DNA of 63,588 nt, counting the filler, from Chiloscyllium plagiosum (Eukaryota): assembly GCF_004010195.1 (NCBI RefSeq). It is 5 parts of one record of this genome, joined end to end, with 100 filler letters (N's around TTAATTAATTAA, not from the genome) between each part and the next. Parts side by side here need not be neighbours in the genome. Positions count along the whole stretch, not along the records: positions 1 to 14,760 come from NC_057713.1; positions 14,861 to 27,540 come from NC_057713.1; 3 more parts are not named here. One strand, written 5' to 3'. The position numbers and the translations under genes are program-made. This document shows, piece after piece, positions 11,380 through 24,238 of the stretch. Each line of letters begins with the position of its first letter. Position 1 is the first letter of the stretch. The notes beneath the pieces are model-generated. The model was not told the origin of the DNA and made no database searches. It was given only the letters and a program-made list of their open reading frames with translations.

Positions 11380-14300
11380 GGGAAGAAGGCATTGCTGTGA
11401 CTTGATCCAGCCACTTTTGCAATGGGCTTTTGCTTTGTGGTCAAGGTGCTGCTGGTCAGATCTAAGAATGGGCCTGGTGAATACCAGGCTTTGTTGAGGA
11501 GAGCAAGCAGCAACAAGTTAAGATTAAGACCTTTTTTTCCTCCTGAAGTCCACTAGTTGTTAAAGAGGCAGAGATGGGTATCAGATGTGGGAGACTGGGG
11601 AGTAGTTGACTGTCCCTGGTGACAATGTCTGCAGGAAGTGTGTCTGACTGCAACTCCTTTTAGACCACATGGATCGGTTGGAGTGGCAGTTGCATGCACT
11701 GAGGTGCATACAGGAGGTGTGGTCACATCTCAGGTACAGTTGGCTAGTTGGTTGACTGCCAGGAGAGGTAGGCAGATATTGCAGGAGTCTTCTGGAGTTA
11801 TCCCCTCTCAAACAAATGTATTATTCTGGATAATGTCGGGTGGGAATAGTCTCTCAAGGGAAAATAGACATGGTAGCAGCCAGATTCTTGGCACCATGGC
11901 TGGATCAGCTGTAAAACAGGATATGGCAAAGTCCAAGTGAGCAATTGTGATAGGGGAATGCTCTAGTCAGGGGAACAGCCAGGTCCTTCTATGGCCACGA
12001 GTGAGGATGACGTGTTTCCTCCCTGGTGCCAAGGTCAAGGTTGTCTCAGAGTGAATGGTTTCAGCAAATTCTCAAAGGGGAGCTTGAGCAGCTGGAGGTT
12101 GTTGTACACATTTGTACGAATGACATAGATATAAAAAGAGTTAGGAAGGAGGTTAAAAAACAAGGCCTCATGGGTAGCAATCTCTGGATAGTAAGAGTAG
12201 GACTGGGGGATATTTCAGATGAATGCATGGATGAGGAGCTTGTTCGGGGGTAGGGATTCAGATTTTTGGTTCATTGGGATCCCTTCTGGGGCAAAAGTGA
12301 CCAGTACAAGAGGAATGGATTGCACCTGAACTGGAGGGGGACTTGGCAGGCAGATATGCGAGAGCCACTCAGGAGGGTTTAAACTTGTATGGCAGGGGGT
12401 TGGGATCTTAAACAGTAGTGGGACAAGAGAGAAGGTTGAGCTTGGCTCATGAGTTTGAGAGTACAAGTTAGATAGATAAGGCAGACAAGAACATGTGAGA
12501 AAACAAGGCAAGATTGATGAATTAAAATGCATTTATTTCAGTGCAAACATCCTGACAGGTAAGGTAGATGAACTCAGGGAATGGATGGGAACTGGGAAAT
12601 CATAGCTATTTCTAAAACATGACTAAGTGGGGGACAGTTCAAAGATGTACGGGTTAGATGAATTGGCCAAGATGAATTGCCCATAGTATTCAGGGATGTG
12701 TAGGTTAGATGAATTAGTCAGGGTTAAATATAGGGTAGGGGGAATGGGTCTGGGTGGGCTATTCTTCAGAGGGTTGACTTGTTGGGGCAAATGGCCTGTT
12801 TCCACACTGTAGGGATTCTATGATTCTATGAGGACTGACAGCTCAATCTTCTGGCATATAGAGGCTATAGGAAGGAAAGAGAGAGGCATGAGAGAGTGTA
12901 ACGGTGTTTTTGGTTAGGGAGAACATTATGGCAATATTTAGGGAGAATATTCCTGGGAGATTGTCTAGTGAAGTGATATCAGTGGAAAATAAGAAGGTGC
13001 TAATCACTTTGATGGGTTTGTAGGATAGCCTCCACCAACCCCGCCTTCCAGTGTCAGTGAGAAATTGAAGGGCAAATATGTAGGGAGGTTGCAGATGCCT
13101 CGAAAAAACATAGGGCTGTCATAGTTGGGTATTTTAACTTTCCAAACACGGACTGAGACTGTCATAGTGTTAAGGGCTTGGATGAAGAGGTATTTGTTAA
13201 GTTTGTTCAAGAAAACTTTCTCAATCAACATGTAAATGACCTGACTAGAAAAGGAAAAAACTCAACGTTACTCAAGACAAGTGACTGAGGTATTAGTGGG
13301 GACCAGTGACTATAATTCTTTCAGTTTCAAAATAGTTATGGAAAAGGATAGACCTGATCCAAAAGTTAAAGTTCTAAATTGGGGCAAGACCAATTTTGAT
13401 GCTTTTTGACAGAAACTTTCAAAAGTTGATTGGGGGTGGGGGGGAGGCTGTTTGCAGGTAAAGTGACATCTGGCAAGTGGGAGACTTTCAAAAGTGAGAT
13501 AATGTGAGTTCACGGATAGTATGTTCCTGCTAGTGTGAAAGGCAAGGCTGGTGGGAGTAGGAACACTGGATGACAAGAGAAATTGAGGCTCTGGTCAAGA
13601 TAAGGAAAGAGGCATACGTCAGATAGACAGCTGGGATCAAGTGAATCTCCTGAGGGATATAGAGGGTGTAGGAGTATATTATGGGGAAATCAGGACAACA
13701 GAAAGGGGACATGAGACAGCTTTGGTGGATACGGTAAAGGAGAATCCAAAGAGAATCTACAGATTTATTAAGGGCAAAAGAGTAGCTGAGGAGAAACTAG
13801 GGCCCCTTAAAGTTCAATGAAACCTTCTATGAGTGGGACCACAGGAGATGGGTAAGATCCTAACTGAATATTTCACATTAGTATTTACTATAGAGGGGGA
13901 CATGGAAACTAGAGAACTTGGAACAATAATCAGTGATGTCTTGAAAAGATCCATATTGCAGATGAGGAAGGGCTGGACGTCCTAAAATGAACAAAAGTAG
14001 GTAACTGTCTGGAACCTGATCAAGTGTATCCCAGGACATTTGGGGAGGCTCAGGAAGAAATTGTGGGACCCGAGCAGAGACATTTGTATTATTGACAGCC
14101 ACTGGTGAGGTGCCAGAAAGCGAGAGGTTGGTTAATGTGGTGGCATTATTTAAGACAGGCTGCAAGGAATAACCAGGGAACTACAGACTGGTGAGCCTAA
14201 CATCAGCAGTGGATCGGTGATGAGGGTTATTCTGAAAGACAAGATCTACTTGTATTTGGAAAGGAAAGGACTGATTAGGGATAGTCAATAGGTTCATCGT

Positions 14301-14458
14301 GTGGGAAATTGTGTCTCATAAACCTGATTGAGTTTTTCAAAGTGGTGACCAAGAATATAGATGAAGTCAGAATGGTAGACATTGTCTACGTGGACTTTAG
14401 CAAGGTGTTTGACAAGCTTCCACATGGTAGACTGATTGGTAAGGTTAGATCACATAGG
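11380..14458 (+). mobile_element. Long decayed CR1-type LINE (ORF1 esterase, APE endonuclease, start of RT), with SINE 3' part inserted at ~12640-12830
   Basis: EVVVHICTND, DGLHLNW-like ORF1 motifs; ORF2 PGNYRLVSLTS and DIVYVDFSKVFDKLPH (ORF 14309-14509). Boundaries approximate. Confidence 0.8.
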
Positions 14459-14760
14459 ACCACAAGAGAAAATGATGGAAAATCTCAGCAGGTCTGGCAG
14501 CATCTGTAAGGAGAGAAAAGAGCTGGTTTCAAGTCTAACTGACCCTTTGTCAAAGCTAAAAAAAGGGGAGAAATAGGGAGGTATTTATATGAGGCTGAGA
14601 GAAGGTGAGTCATGGCTCCAGAAGCAAAGGTAGCAATTAAGAGGTGATAATGACAGTACATAGAGAGATTGTAGGGAGATTAGGAGCTGTGAATGACCAA
14701 GGCTGAAGCCAGTGCTATGTGACAAAATATGTGGGGGTTGGGGGGGAAGTGGTGAAGCAG

Positions 14761-14860
14761 NNNNNNNNNNNNNNNNNNNNNNNNNNNNNNNNNNNNNNNN
14801 NNNNTTAATTAATTAANNNNNNNNNNNNNNNNNNNNNNNNNNNNNNNNNNNNNNNNNNNN
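14761..14860. other. Artificial contig-joining spacer (N44-TTAATTAATTAA-N44)
   Basis: Exactly 100 nt with a six-frame-stop linker in the centre; repeated identically four times. Confidence 0.95.
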
Positions 14861-15077
14861 GGGGTAGGTTCTTTACTCAGCGAGTCGTGAGTTCATGGAA
14901 TGTCCTGCCAGTAGCAGTGGTGGACTCTCCCTCAAGATGGGCATTTAAGCGGGCATTGGATAGGCATATGGAGGATAGTGGGCTAGTGTAGGTTAGGTGG
15001 GCTTGGATCGGCGCAACATTGAGGGCTGAAGGGCCTGTACTGCGCTGTATTCTTCTATGTTCTATGTTCTATGTTCT
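14861..15077 (+). mobile_element. CR1-type LINE 3' end
   Basis: FFTQRVVSSWN-like terminus, GGGCTGAAGGGCCTGT, (TTCTATG)n tail. Confidence 0.85.
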
Positions 15078-15197
15078 CCTAATGTTACACCAGCCAATGG
15101 TAATTTCACTAAAAATGTTGGTCCCAATTTTACATGAATAGTTACACGTTTTTAAAGTGTATTTTAGTTGGTTTGTTAAAAGAACCATATTTAATAA

Positions 15198-15488
<291 letters not shown>

Positions 15489-18028
15489 TGAAATAATAAT
15501 TAGACAAAAACTTTCTGTCAGGTTAAATTACAGAACTTCTATGATACATTACAAACTCCATTGTCCATCTTGTTAATATGCATACACTATTTAAGTGAAA
15601 TGCAACTGATGTGTCCTTCACATTGTGATTTAAACCTGCTCTGCTGTAACATGAAAAAAAAATACCCCATTTCTTTCTGTCTATCACAGAAATTAAGGAA
15701 GAGTTTTGCTCATTTAAAACATGTCACCAAGCAATGCACATAAAGGAAAATGCATCCAGAGTGATAGAATGCAGTAAGAGTGACGGCAAGGTTGTTTACA
15801 CTTCAAATACTCTGACAAGTTTATTGCTCTTCTAAAACTTTATAGCTGTATAATGAGCCTTTGCAATGAAAATACTGCCTTTTTTTATAGATCATCAATT
15901 ATACATCAACAATTTCATACCAGTGTTTGCTGTTTTTCTTTGGGAGGGCCAAAATGTCCATTTCACTCAGGTTGATCAGAATTTCACTTAATGTGAATGT
16001 TGTAAACATCATCTTATAATCATATCATATTAGAGCATTTGTGTTTTGAAAATAATGGTTGCTGTTTGAACTCCCATCTCAGGCAATCTGTGACTGAGAA
16101 TATAAAAATTATAAACCTCTCAGTGTGATAAAATTGTAACTGAAAAATATTTTGGAAAATTTGCATCATTGCAAGCCCATTTATTTTTTTTTAAAACCAG
16201 ATCTTCCACTTCTGCTATTATATATAATTTCATAGATGTGACATATCCATCTTGTAGCCATGGCAATAGATAAGGTTGTTCTTAGTCATCATTGCAGCAA
16301 CATTGAAATTGCCAATGGAAATCAGGGTAGAGTACATACGAGAAGCAGCTAAATTTCTAGTTACCATGAAAAAGAAATGATGGCACTGGAAGAAGCAAGT
16401 TGCTTCGACAAAATGGATGGCAGAAGGGGGTCAAACAAGAAACAGCTAACTTCATAAAGTTTGACTTGGGCGTTTCCTCAGAAGAGAAACGATGCATTAG
16501 AATTGCACTGTTTAATATTGACTCCAAGTGGCATAGTTCTATTTAAAATCTCACTCATATCTGTTCAGAATATAAGAGATTAAATGGCCTCACCAGACCT
16601 ACTAAACTACACTACCAACACCTCTGACCCTTCCAGGTAATACTTTTATGTATATTGTACTTCTTCAGTCTTTAGCCTTGCAACATATTAGGATTATACT
16701 TTTAACTTCTGATTGTTCTTGCCATCATGTTTTGCCTGTTAACTAGTGTGGTACTTTCCTTCAATGTACCATAGACTTTTAAGTATCCCTTAGTTATCAC
16801 ACCTATACTTTATGGTGCTTGTCTTCATATTTGGTAGTACAAAAAGATTCAGTTCAACCTGAACTGAACTGCTCCTGCCTCCCTCACTCCTTCCTGTCCC
16901 CTACACCACCCCCTCTCCCCTCCCCCCACCCCTCACCCCACCTCCATAAGCATAAGGAATCCCAGACTACAAGTCATGACATCTTGGAATTAGATCTCTG
17001 ATCTTGCAGGAAGAAATAGTTCTGACGAACTTGAGGATATGACAAGTGCAAGTCCACTATGGCTTCCCTGTTGAAAGGTTTGGGAACACAAACTTTGTCG
17101 TTGGTAATATTAGCAGCTTGTGACCAAGAATCACAGGAGAACCACAACTAAAGCCCAGGCTGGATAAATAATTTCTCTCGCATGTCAACAATAAGACAGT
17201 AGATAATTCTACAAGGGTCATTTACTCAGTGAAGCAGAACACAAGGCTATGGGCGATGTCAGAATAGGATCTGACAGTTATTACAGTTGAAGTAAAAATA
17301 AATTTGTTCATCGGCGGTGATCATTTGAATTAATATGTGAGGCTTTCATAGATTATTATGTTTTAAAACAAGGAAACAGCTTGGCTTATTGCTTGCTGTG
17401 ATCACCTGACAAATACTGACAACCCTTATGGAAGATACAAAGCACAACTACCTTGGAATTAGCATTTTAATCAAGAAGCACTGAAGCTCAATGATTGCCA
17501 AGAAATTTGTGTCTCTTGTTTTATTCATTAGTGAGTGATAATTTTGCAGATTGAAAAATAAAAGGTTATCTGCAAAACGTTTAAACTGGAGCTAGACTTG
17601 AAATGGTCAAATAGACTATGTTTCAACAGCTCTCTTTGAACAACAAATAGGGAGAAAGCACCATGTACTGAGGACCAACATACTCATCTCTCAATCTCAA
17701 TATCAATCCCAAACTGGCACGTTTGGAGGAGCCAATACTTGGAAAACCTTCTGTTGACTGCGACATTAACGTTTGTGCAAGCTTTGCAACTCCTGAGAAA
17801 AAAGGTCAACTGCTAAGTAATTGGGACTCAGGTTTCACACACAACTCAAAGATTATTTAAAAATGAAACTTGAAAACTACAGCTGTCTTTACTTCCTGTC
17901 TGGATCAGATAACTGGTTGAATTGACAGTAAGTGTTTATGTAAAATCAAGTGAAGCTCTTTGAGTAAGTTTTTAATCTTTGAAAAAGATAAGGTTGTTGT
18001 CTTTTGTCTCATGGTCAGTATGTCAGTA

Positions 18029-18769
18029 CAGAGGAACCTTGATTATCTGAATATCAATTATCCAAATATGGGATTCTCCGAACGAGATTTCGAGGTCCTG
18101 ATAGAAACATTACATCAAAGAGATGTTTCCAACACTGATCACGTCTTTTGTTTACTGTGATTAAAAGTGAACTCAGCTTAATAAAATGCTGCCAAGAGCA
18201 GTCCTGGACTGATGGGAGCCCAGCCACCATCTCCAAATGACTGATCTCCCGCCCTCCCTCTCTATCCACACTTTCGCTGGAGCTCTACACAGACATGTAC
18301 CCTAAACCCCCCTTCGCGGATAATCTCTCCAACATTGTCCTGTAAAGGGTAAAGGTGGAATGTGTGTATGTGTGTGTGCGCACGCATGGGCGTGCGTGCG
18401 TGCACACGTGCTATTTGGAGACCCCCCCCCCGCCAAAAGGCGGTGGCAGAGACAGCAACAGTCTGTCCCGGAGAGGGAGCAGGGGCAGACCGGGACCGGT
18501 CGGAGGTGGGGGTGGGGGCGGGAGGGACGGTGCTGGATGGAGTTGGAGGGAGGGCAGGGTGTTGGATGGGGTTNNNNNNNNNNNNNGGCACATTGGGCGG
18601 GGGGGGGGCTCGTGGGTGGTGAGCTGCTACCTAGTCTCCTGAATGGGGAGTGGACTTAATAGAAAACCCCGAGCCCCTGAGGAAAGGCATTGAATCAATT
18701 AATCGAATAATCAATTATCCGAACGAACTAGTACCCGCCCAACTCTTTCACATAATTGAGGTTCATCAG
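18029..18769. mobile_element. Tc1/mariner-pogo/Tigger-like non-autonomous DNA transposon (MITE)
   Basis: TA|CAGAGGAACCTTGATTATCTGAA at the left end and imperfect inverse TTCACATAATTGAGGTTCATCAG at the right; internal repeats of CAATTATCC(G/A)AA; GC-rich non-coding interior with a 13-N gap. Confidence 0.65.
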
Positions 18770-21700
18770 CATACCTTTAAGAGACATGCTTATAATAATA
18801 TTGCCTGCTAAAGATCTCAGCCTCCAACTTGACTCAGATCACTTGATGTTTGGGTTCCTCAATAACACAAAAACCATACCTGATTTCTTATGTTACAACA
18901 GATAAGAATAGCACCATAATATCAGGTAAAACTATCTTCTTGGAGGAAAAACATATTGAGTGTAAGCTAAGGTAGTACTATCCTTTGGATAGTTTTCACA
19001 TTTCCACACTGTGTTTTCTATACCTTTGTAATGAAATTGCAGTGTGAAACTGCAGTAAAACGATTTTGAATTGGCTAAAGTTCTCGGCATAATTGGTGTG
19101 GTCATGAATGAACAGATACCAGAAATATATGAAAAATTTCCAGATGGCAAGATAAGGTCAGGCTGTCAGGATAGATAATAAAAAGGAATGGAAACCATAA
19201 ACAACAACGGAATAGAGCAGATGGTGGACAGGTAGTGAATAGAGCAGCGATAAAATGTAATCTAAACCTTTACTGCCTCCCTTTCATGGAAGATCAGAGA
19301 CTGTAACGGAAAAGAAAAGTCAATTCCCATATAGTTTAAAATATGCTTTTTCTTATTTGATTGCATTTCTCAATAATTTGTGTTCAATAAATTTTGAAGA
19401 TTGCAAATTGTGGCTCCGTAGCACCCTTCTTTGCACCCTGTGTGCTGTTTGAGCATGTATCTGAAGTGACAGCTGTGCTAGAAATCATTTTGGTATTAAT
19501 GCTACCAAACATCCGATTAGTGTCCACTGGGCAGTTGCAGAGCAGCTAGTTCATTCGTCAGCCAGTGTGTAATGCTCATTTGTAGTGCTATTTTGAAGTT
19601 CAACACTTCAGTTCTGTCATCTGCTAACTTTATCGAGCCAAACATATATCAAGCAGCAGGAATTACTCCTCCCATCAACACTGTTCTATGGGATCACGGA
19701 GTGCTTTTGGTTTTGTTATTAGTCATTTTCTACTAATTGTTGCTGCAATAAAAGAAGTACTTGTTGATTTTCACTCATTGAAGTAAACCAGAAATTGTGT
19801 GGTGTATGCTGATGCAACATGATCCCTGCACTTATTTTAGGCACTCACAGCGGTATTTTCCAACAAAATTAAGCAGATTTAATCAGGATTCTACAATAAG
19901 CTCAAATCAGATATAGCATTTGATTGGTATGTTTTTATTTTTTCAGAGAGTAAATTTGCTCGCTCAAATAAAAACATTGCTTGATTTTAATATAACTATG
20001 GCAGTTTATAATATATTGCATCATTTATTTTTCCAGTTTAAGCATATGGTGCATAAAGTATAATATTTGTTCACATTTAGTTTGTTTTGCACTTTTGTGT
20101 TTCATTCTTTTAATATATAAAAAAGCAAGACTATGTAATGGACCATTCTAAATTGCTCAGTAATATCCTTCTCAAACCGAGCAGTACTTCATGAGTTTGG
20201 TGCACTATTGTCGGTGTTAGCTTTGAGTGGTCAGTTGTTTCTACTTTTGATGGGGACAGCTCTTCAAAATGTAGCTGTTGTTGTACTTCATTAGCTGATA
20301 GGTTGTGGTGATCATTATTTCAAGGACCAGTAACTCTTAGTGTTTCTTCTTTCATAACATCTAAACATATAAACTGCAATTATAGTGATCACATTTGCTC
20401 AGGCATAGGTAATGATTTGTACAGATTGCTTTCATTTTCACACTAAAAATATAAAAGAAACTAATTTAGGTGAAGCAACTGGAGAAAGAAAAATATCAAG
20501 TTTTATTTCAAAGTGGTGTCCTTAATTCCCTTATGTTCTTCCAAGTGTGTATTAGCTTATTTTATGCTGACTTCTAGAAGCTTTGGTTTCTGAGCTACAT
20601 CTCTTTGACCCTTCTTAAATAGAGGCATTACACTTGCAATACTCTCATTCATCATCTCCTCTGACAGTTCTTCAGGTGGACTGGTTCAAGTAAATTAAAT
20701 GTTTTTTTTAAAATCCTATTTCTAGCCTTCACATTTCTCAAGCTTTATATTGGATCAATGTCAGTGTGTCTTGGGATATGTCTCTACATTTACGTTTCTG
20801 ATATTTTCCACTTAACTGCCTAGGACAAGGTCAAATATAGTCTGAAACCATGGTGAACTAAAACATAATGGACAGAAATTTATGTTTTGCTGCTTGCCTC
20901 TCCCAAACTCAGCATATTAATTTATCTCAAACATTAGGCCAGTCTGAACTTTGAAGACAGTTAATGAATGCAAGAAGATATGAAGTTTATGTATAAAGTG
21001 ATCCACCTCTATTTCCATATTGTAGAGAACATCTAGTGTCTTCAGTGAGACAGCTATGTGCGTAACGTACAATAACATCAATAAGCACAACCCAGAGCTG
21101 TGTGGAAGCAAGTGATATTGTAGCTATACAAAAGAGTATAGATGGATATGGGCCAAATGCTGTCAAATGCGAGTAGATAAATATAGAATATTGGTTGGCA
21201 TGTGTTAGTTGGACCGCAGAGTCTATTTCCACGCTGTACATCTCTTCGATATTAATTAGTGTTCCAAATAAACTTCAAGACAAACTGCCTCAACAAGAAC
21301 CTGACCTTCTGATTTTTTTTCTCCCTGCTGTCCATCCCATCCAAGATATAACTGTGACACAATTCCTGTGCAGTGGATTGCTATTGCGATACTCATTGAG
21401 CTAATTGGCTGATTTTATGTGTAGTAATGTAGAGAAAGCCACAACGCATAATAGTGAGAGAGAGTGAACACTAAATGCTGAATTTGACATGAATTGATTT
21501 ATTATTGTCACGTACTGAGATACAGTGAAAAATATTGCTTTATCTGCTAATGCAATCAAGTCTTAACTTACTTAAGGACATCAGGGTAATAGAACAGATT
21601 GCAGAATATAATGTTACAGCTACAGAGAAAGTATCGAGGAAGATCAACTGTATGAGAGGTCTGTTCATAAGTCTCATAACAGTAGGGAAGAAACTGCTCT

Positions 21701-21802
21701 TAAATCTGTTAGTAAATGTTTTCATACTTTTGTACCTTCTGCCCGATGGAAGAGGGTGGGAGAGAGTATAAAAGGGATGGGTGGGGTCTTTGACTACATT
21801 GC

Positions 21803-22021
21803 TGAAAATGTGTTGCTGGAAAAGCGCAGCAGGTCAGGCAGCATCCAGGGAACAGGAGAATCGACGTTTCGGGCATAAGCCCTTCTTCAGGAAAGCCCTT
21901 CTTCGGGCTTATGCCCGAAACATCGATTCTCCTGTTCCCTGGATGCTGCCTGACCTGCTGCGCTTTTCCAGCAACACATTTTCAGCTCTGATCTCCAGCA
22001 TCTGCAGACCTCACTTTCTCC
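21803..22021. mobile_element. Palindromic PLE-derived mini-element with hammerhead, 16-bp TSD
   Basis: Inverted arms (GCTGAAAATGTGTTGCTGGAAAAGCGCAGC... / ...GCTGCGCTTTTCCAGCAACACATTTTCAGC) plus ~35-nt tail; TCTTTGACTACATTGC at 21787-21802 and 22022-22037. Confidence 0.88.
21859..21894 (-). ncRNA. Minimal type I hammerhead ribozyme motif
   Basis: Minus strand UUUC-CUGAAGA-A-GGGC-UUAU-GCCC-GAAAC-GUC-GAUU; core intact. Confidence 0.78.
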
Positions 22022-22082
22022 TCTTTGACTACATTGCATACTTTCATGAGGCAGTGGGAAGTATAGATAGAATCAATGGAAA

Positions 22083-22595
22083 GAATCATAGAATCCCTAT
22101 AGTATAGAAACAGGCCCTTCAGCCCAACAAGGAGAAAGTGAGGACTGCAGATGCTGGAGATCAGAGCTTAAAAATGTGTTGCTGGAAAAGCGCAGCAGGT
22201 CAGGCAGCATCCAAGGAGAAGGAGAATCGACGTTTCGGGCTTATGCCTGACCTGCTGCGCTTTTCCAGCAACACATTTTTAAGCTTCAGCCCAACAAGTC
22301 CACACCGACCCTCCGAAGAGTAACCTATCCAGACCCATTCCCCCACTGTATATTTACCCCTGACTAATGTACCTAACCTACATATCCCTGAACACTATGG
22401 GAAATTTGGCATGGCCAATTCACCTAACCTGCACAAGTTTGGATTGTGGAAGGAAACTGGAGCACCCGAAGGAAACTCATGCAGACACGAGGAGAATGTG
22501 CAAACTCCACACAGACAGTCGCCTGAGGCTGGAATTGAACGGGTCCCTGGTGCTGAGGGGCAGCACTGCTAACCACTGAACCACTGTACCATCCC
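22083..22595 (-). mobile_element. HE1-like V-SINE interrupted by a PLE mini-element
   Basis: SINE tail (GAATCATAGAATC...), V-domain and tRNA-like head, split at 22132-22283. Confidence 0.85.
22132..22283 (-). mobile_element. Internally deleted palindromic PLE mini-element, 15-bp TSD
   Basis: Tail + inverted arms; CTTCAGCCCAACAAG duplicated at 22117-22131 and 22284-22298; hammerhead core incomplete. Confidence 0.85.
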
Positions 22596-23239
22596 AAAGA
22601 AGGCTGATTTTCTTAATTAACTGGTCTTTGTTCACAACAGTCTGTAATTTTTTGTGGTCTTGAGCAGAGCAGTTGCTGTACCAAGCTGTGAGGCATCCAG
22701 ATTAGATGGTGCATCTACAAAAATTGGTATTAGTCATTGTGGACATGTTGAATTTCCTTAGCCTTCCAAGGAAGTAGAGGTATTGATGTGCTTTCTTGAC
22801 ATAGATGGACGAGAATAGATTGTTGGCGATATTTACTCCTAAGGACTTGAAGCACTCAATCACCTCCACCTCAGAACCATTGATACAGACAAAGGCATGT
22901 TCATCAATCGCTTCTTAAAGTTGATGACCAGCTCCTTTGTTTTTCTGGCATTGAGCGAGACATTATTATCTTTACATCTGTCTGGGTTCAGAGCTGAAGC
23001 CATGATTAAACTAAAGCAAAGTGGGTACTTTTGCTCCCATTGCTTTTAAAAAGAAATATAGCAGTTTACAAGAGGTCCAGAACAACTGCAATTCCAAAAC
23101 AACAATTTAAAAGTTGAAGGACAGTTCCAGTCTAAGAAAGTGATTGTGATCAAAGTACATAAAATAATTACAGAAAAATATATTTCCTATCTGAAAAGCC
23201 CTTACCTAGTCAACAGTGATTTTTATAAATTGCTTGAAA

Positions 23240-24160
23240 TGAGGAAGTGGAAGGTTGGGTTCATAAGTTTACTGATGACCCAAAGGTTGGTGGTATGGTG
23301 GATAGCATGGAGGGCTATTGTAGGTTGAATGGTACATTGACAGGATGCAGAGCTGGGCTAATAAGTGGCAGATGGAGTTCAACCTGAAAAAGTGTGAAGG
23401 GATTAATTTTGGAAGATCGAATTTGTATGCAGATTACAGGGTTAAAGTCAGGATTCTTGGCAGTGTGGAGGAACAGAAGGATTTTGGGGTCCATGTCCAT
23501 AGATGCTTCAAAATTGCCACTGAAGTTGATAGGGTTGTTAAGAAGGCTATATGGATTAGCAGGGGGATTGAGTTTAAGAGCCGCGAAGTTATGCTGCAGC
23601 ACTATAGAGCCCTGGTTAGATCGCTCTTGGAATATTGTGTTCAGTTCTGGTCGACTCATTATCGGAAAGATGTGGCAGCTTTAGAGAGGGTGCAGAGGAG
23701 ATTTACCAGGATGCTGCCAAGACTGGAGGACAAGTCTTATGAAGAAAGGCTGAGAGAGCTAAGGCTTTTCTCATTGGAATGAAGAGGAGTAAGACACAAC
23801 TTGTTCGAGATATACGAGATAATGAGAGACATAGATAGAGTGAATAGTCTGAGACTTTTTCCCAGGGCCGAAATGGCTATCATGAGGGGACATAATTTTA
23901 AGGTGATTGGAGGAAGGTTTAAGGGAGATGCCAGAGGTCGGTTCTTTACACAGAGTGGTTGGTGCATGGAATGCACTGTGAGCAGTCACGGTAGAGATAC
24001 ATGAGGGACTTTTAAGCGATTCTTGGATAGGCATATGGATGATAGTAAAATGAAGGTTATGCAGGTTAGTTTGATCTCAGAGTAGGCTAAAAGGTCAGCA
24101 CAACATCAAGGGCTGAAGGGCCTGTACTGTGCTGTACTATTCTATGTTCTCTGTTCTATC
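23240..24160 (+). mobile_element. CR1-type LINE 3' fragment
   Basis: ORF 23345-23782 (WQMEFNLKKC, LEYCVQFWS, LERVQRRFTRM) and (TTCTATG) tail. Confidence 0.9.
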
Positions 24161-24238
24161 TCTATCAATTCTGTCACTTTATTTTTCCAAAATGCACTAA
24201 AATTTTAAAAAAGGCAAACCTGACTGATTATTTGTTTG

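Larger units (their letters stand above)
21490..22980 (-). mobile_element. Rex1/Babar-type LINE 3' fragment carrying nested insertions
   Basis: Minus strand LPSGRRYKSMKTFTNRFKSSFFPTVMRLMN C-terminus; homologous to 48760-50030. Confidence 0.75.

Noticed and set aside
14805..14816. TTAATTAATTAA as a regulatory or homeodomain site or conserved repeat
   Set aside because: Always centred in exactly 100-nt N blocks; synthetic linker.
16300..17880. Possible Gypsy integrase remnant
   Set aside because: Only faint motif resemblance; too degenerate to support without a profile search.
18262..18659. Overlapping GC-rich ORFs or a CpG-island promoter
   Set aside because: Low-complexity interior of a MITE-like element containing an N gap; no evidence of a gene start.
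18800..21000. Possible additional CSMD3 exon or conserved non-coding element in unique-looking AT-rich DNA
   Set aside because: No CUB/Sushi-like translation bounded by splice sites was found by eye; conservation cannot be judged without alignment.
21787..22298. CRISPR-like repeat-spacer array
   Set aside because: Eukaryotic context; the direct repeats are pairwise TSDs of different sequence, not a common repeat with spacers.
21781..22323. Recurrent short ORFs 'CCWKSAAGQAAS..ENRRFG' as a peptide family
   Set aside because: Translations of the repeated non-coding pLTR arm; start and stop positions are not conserved.
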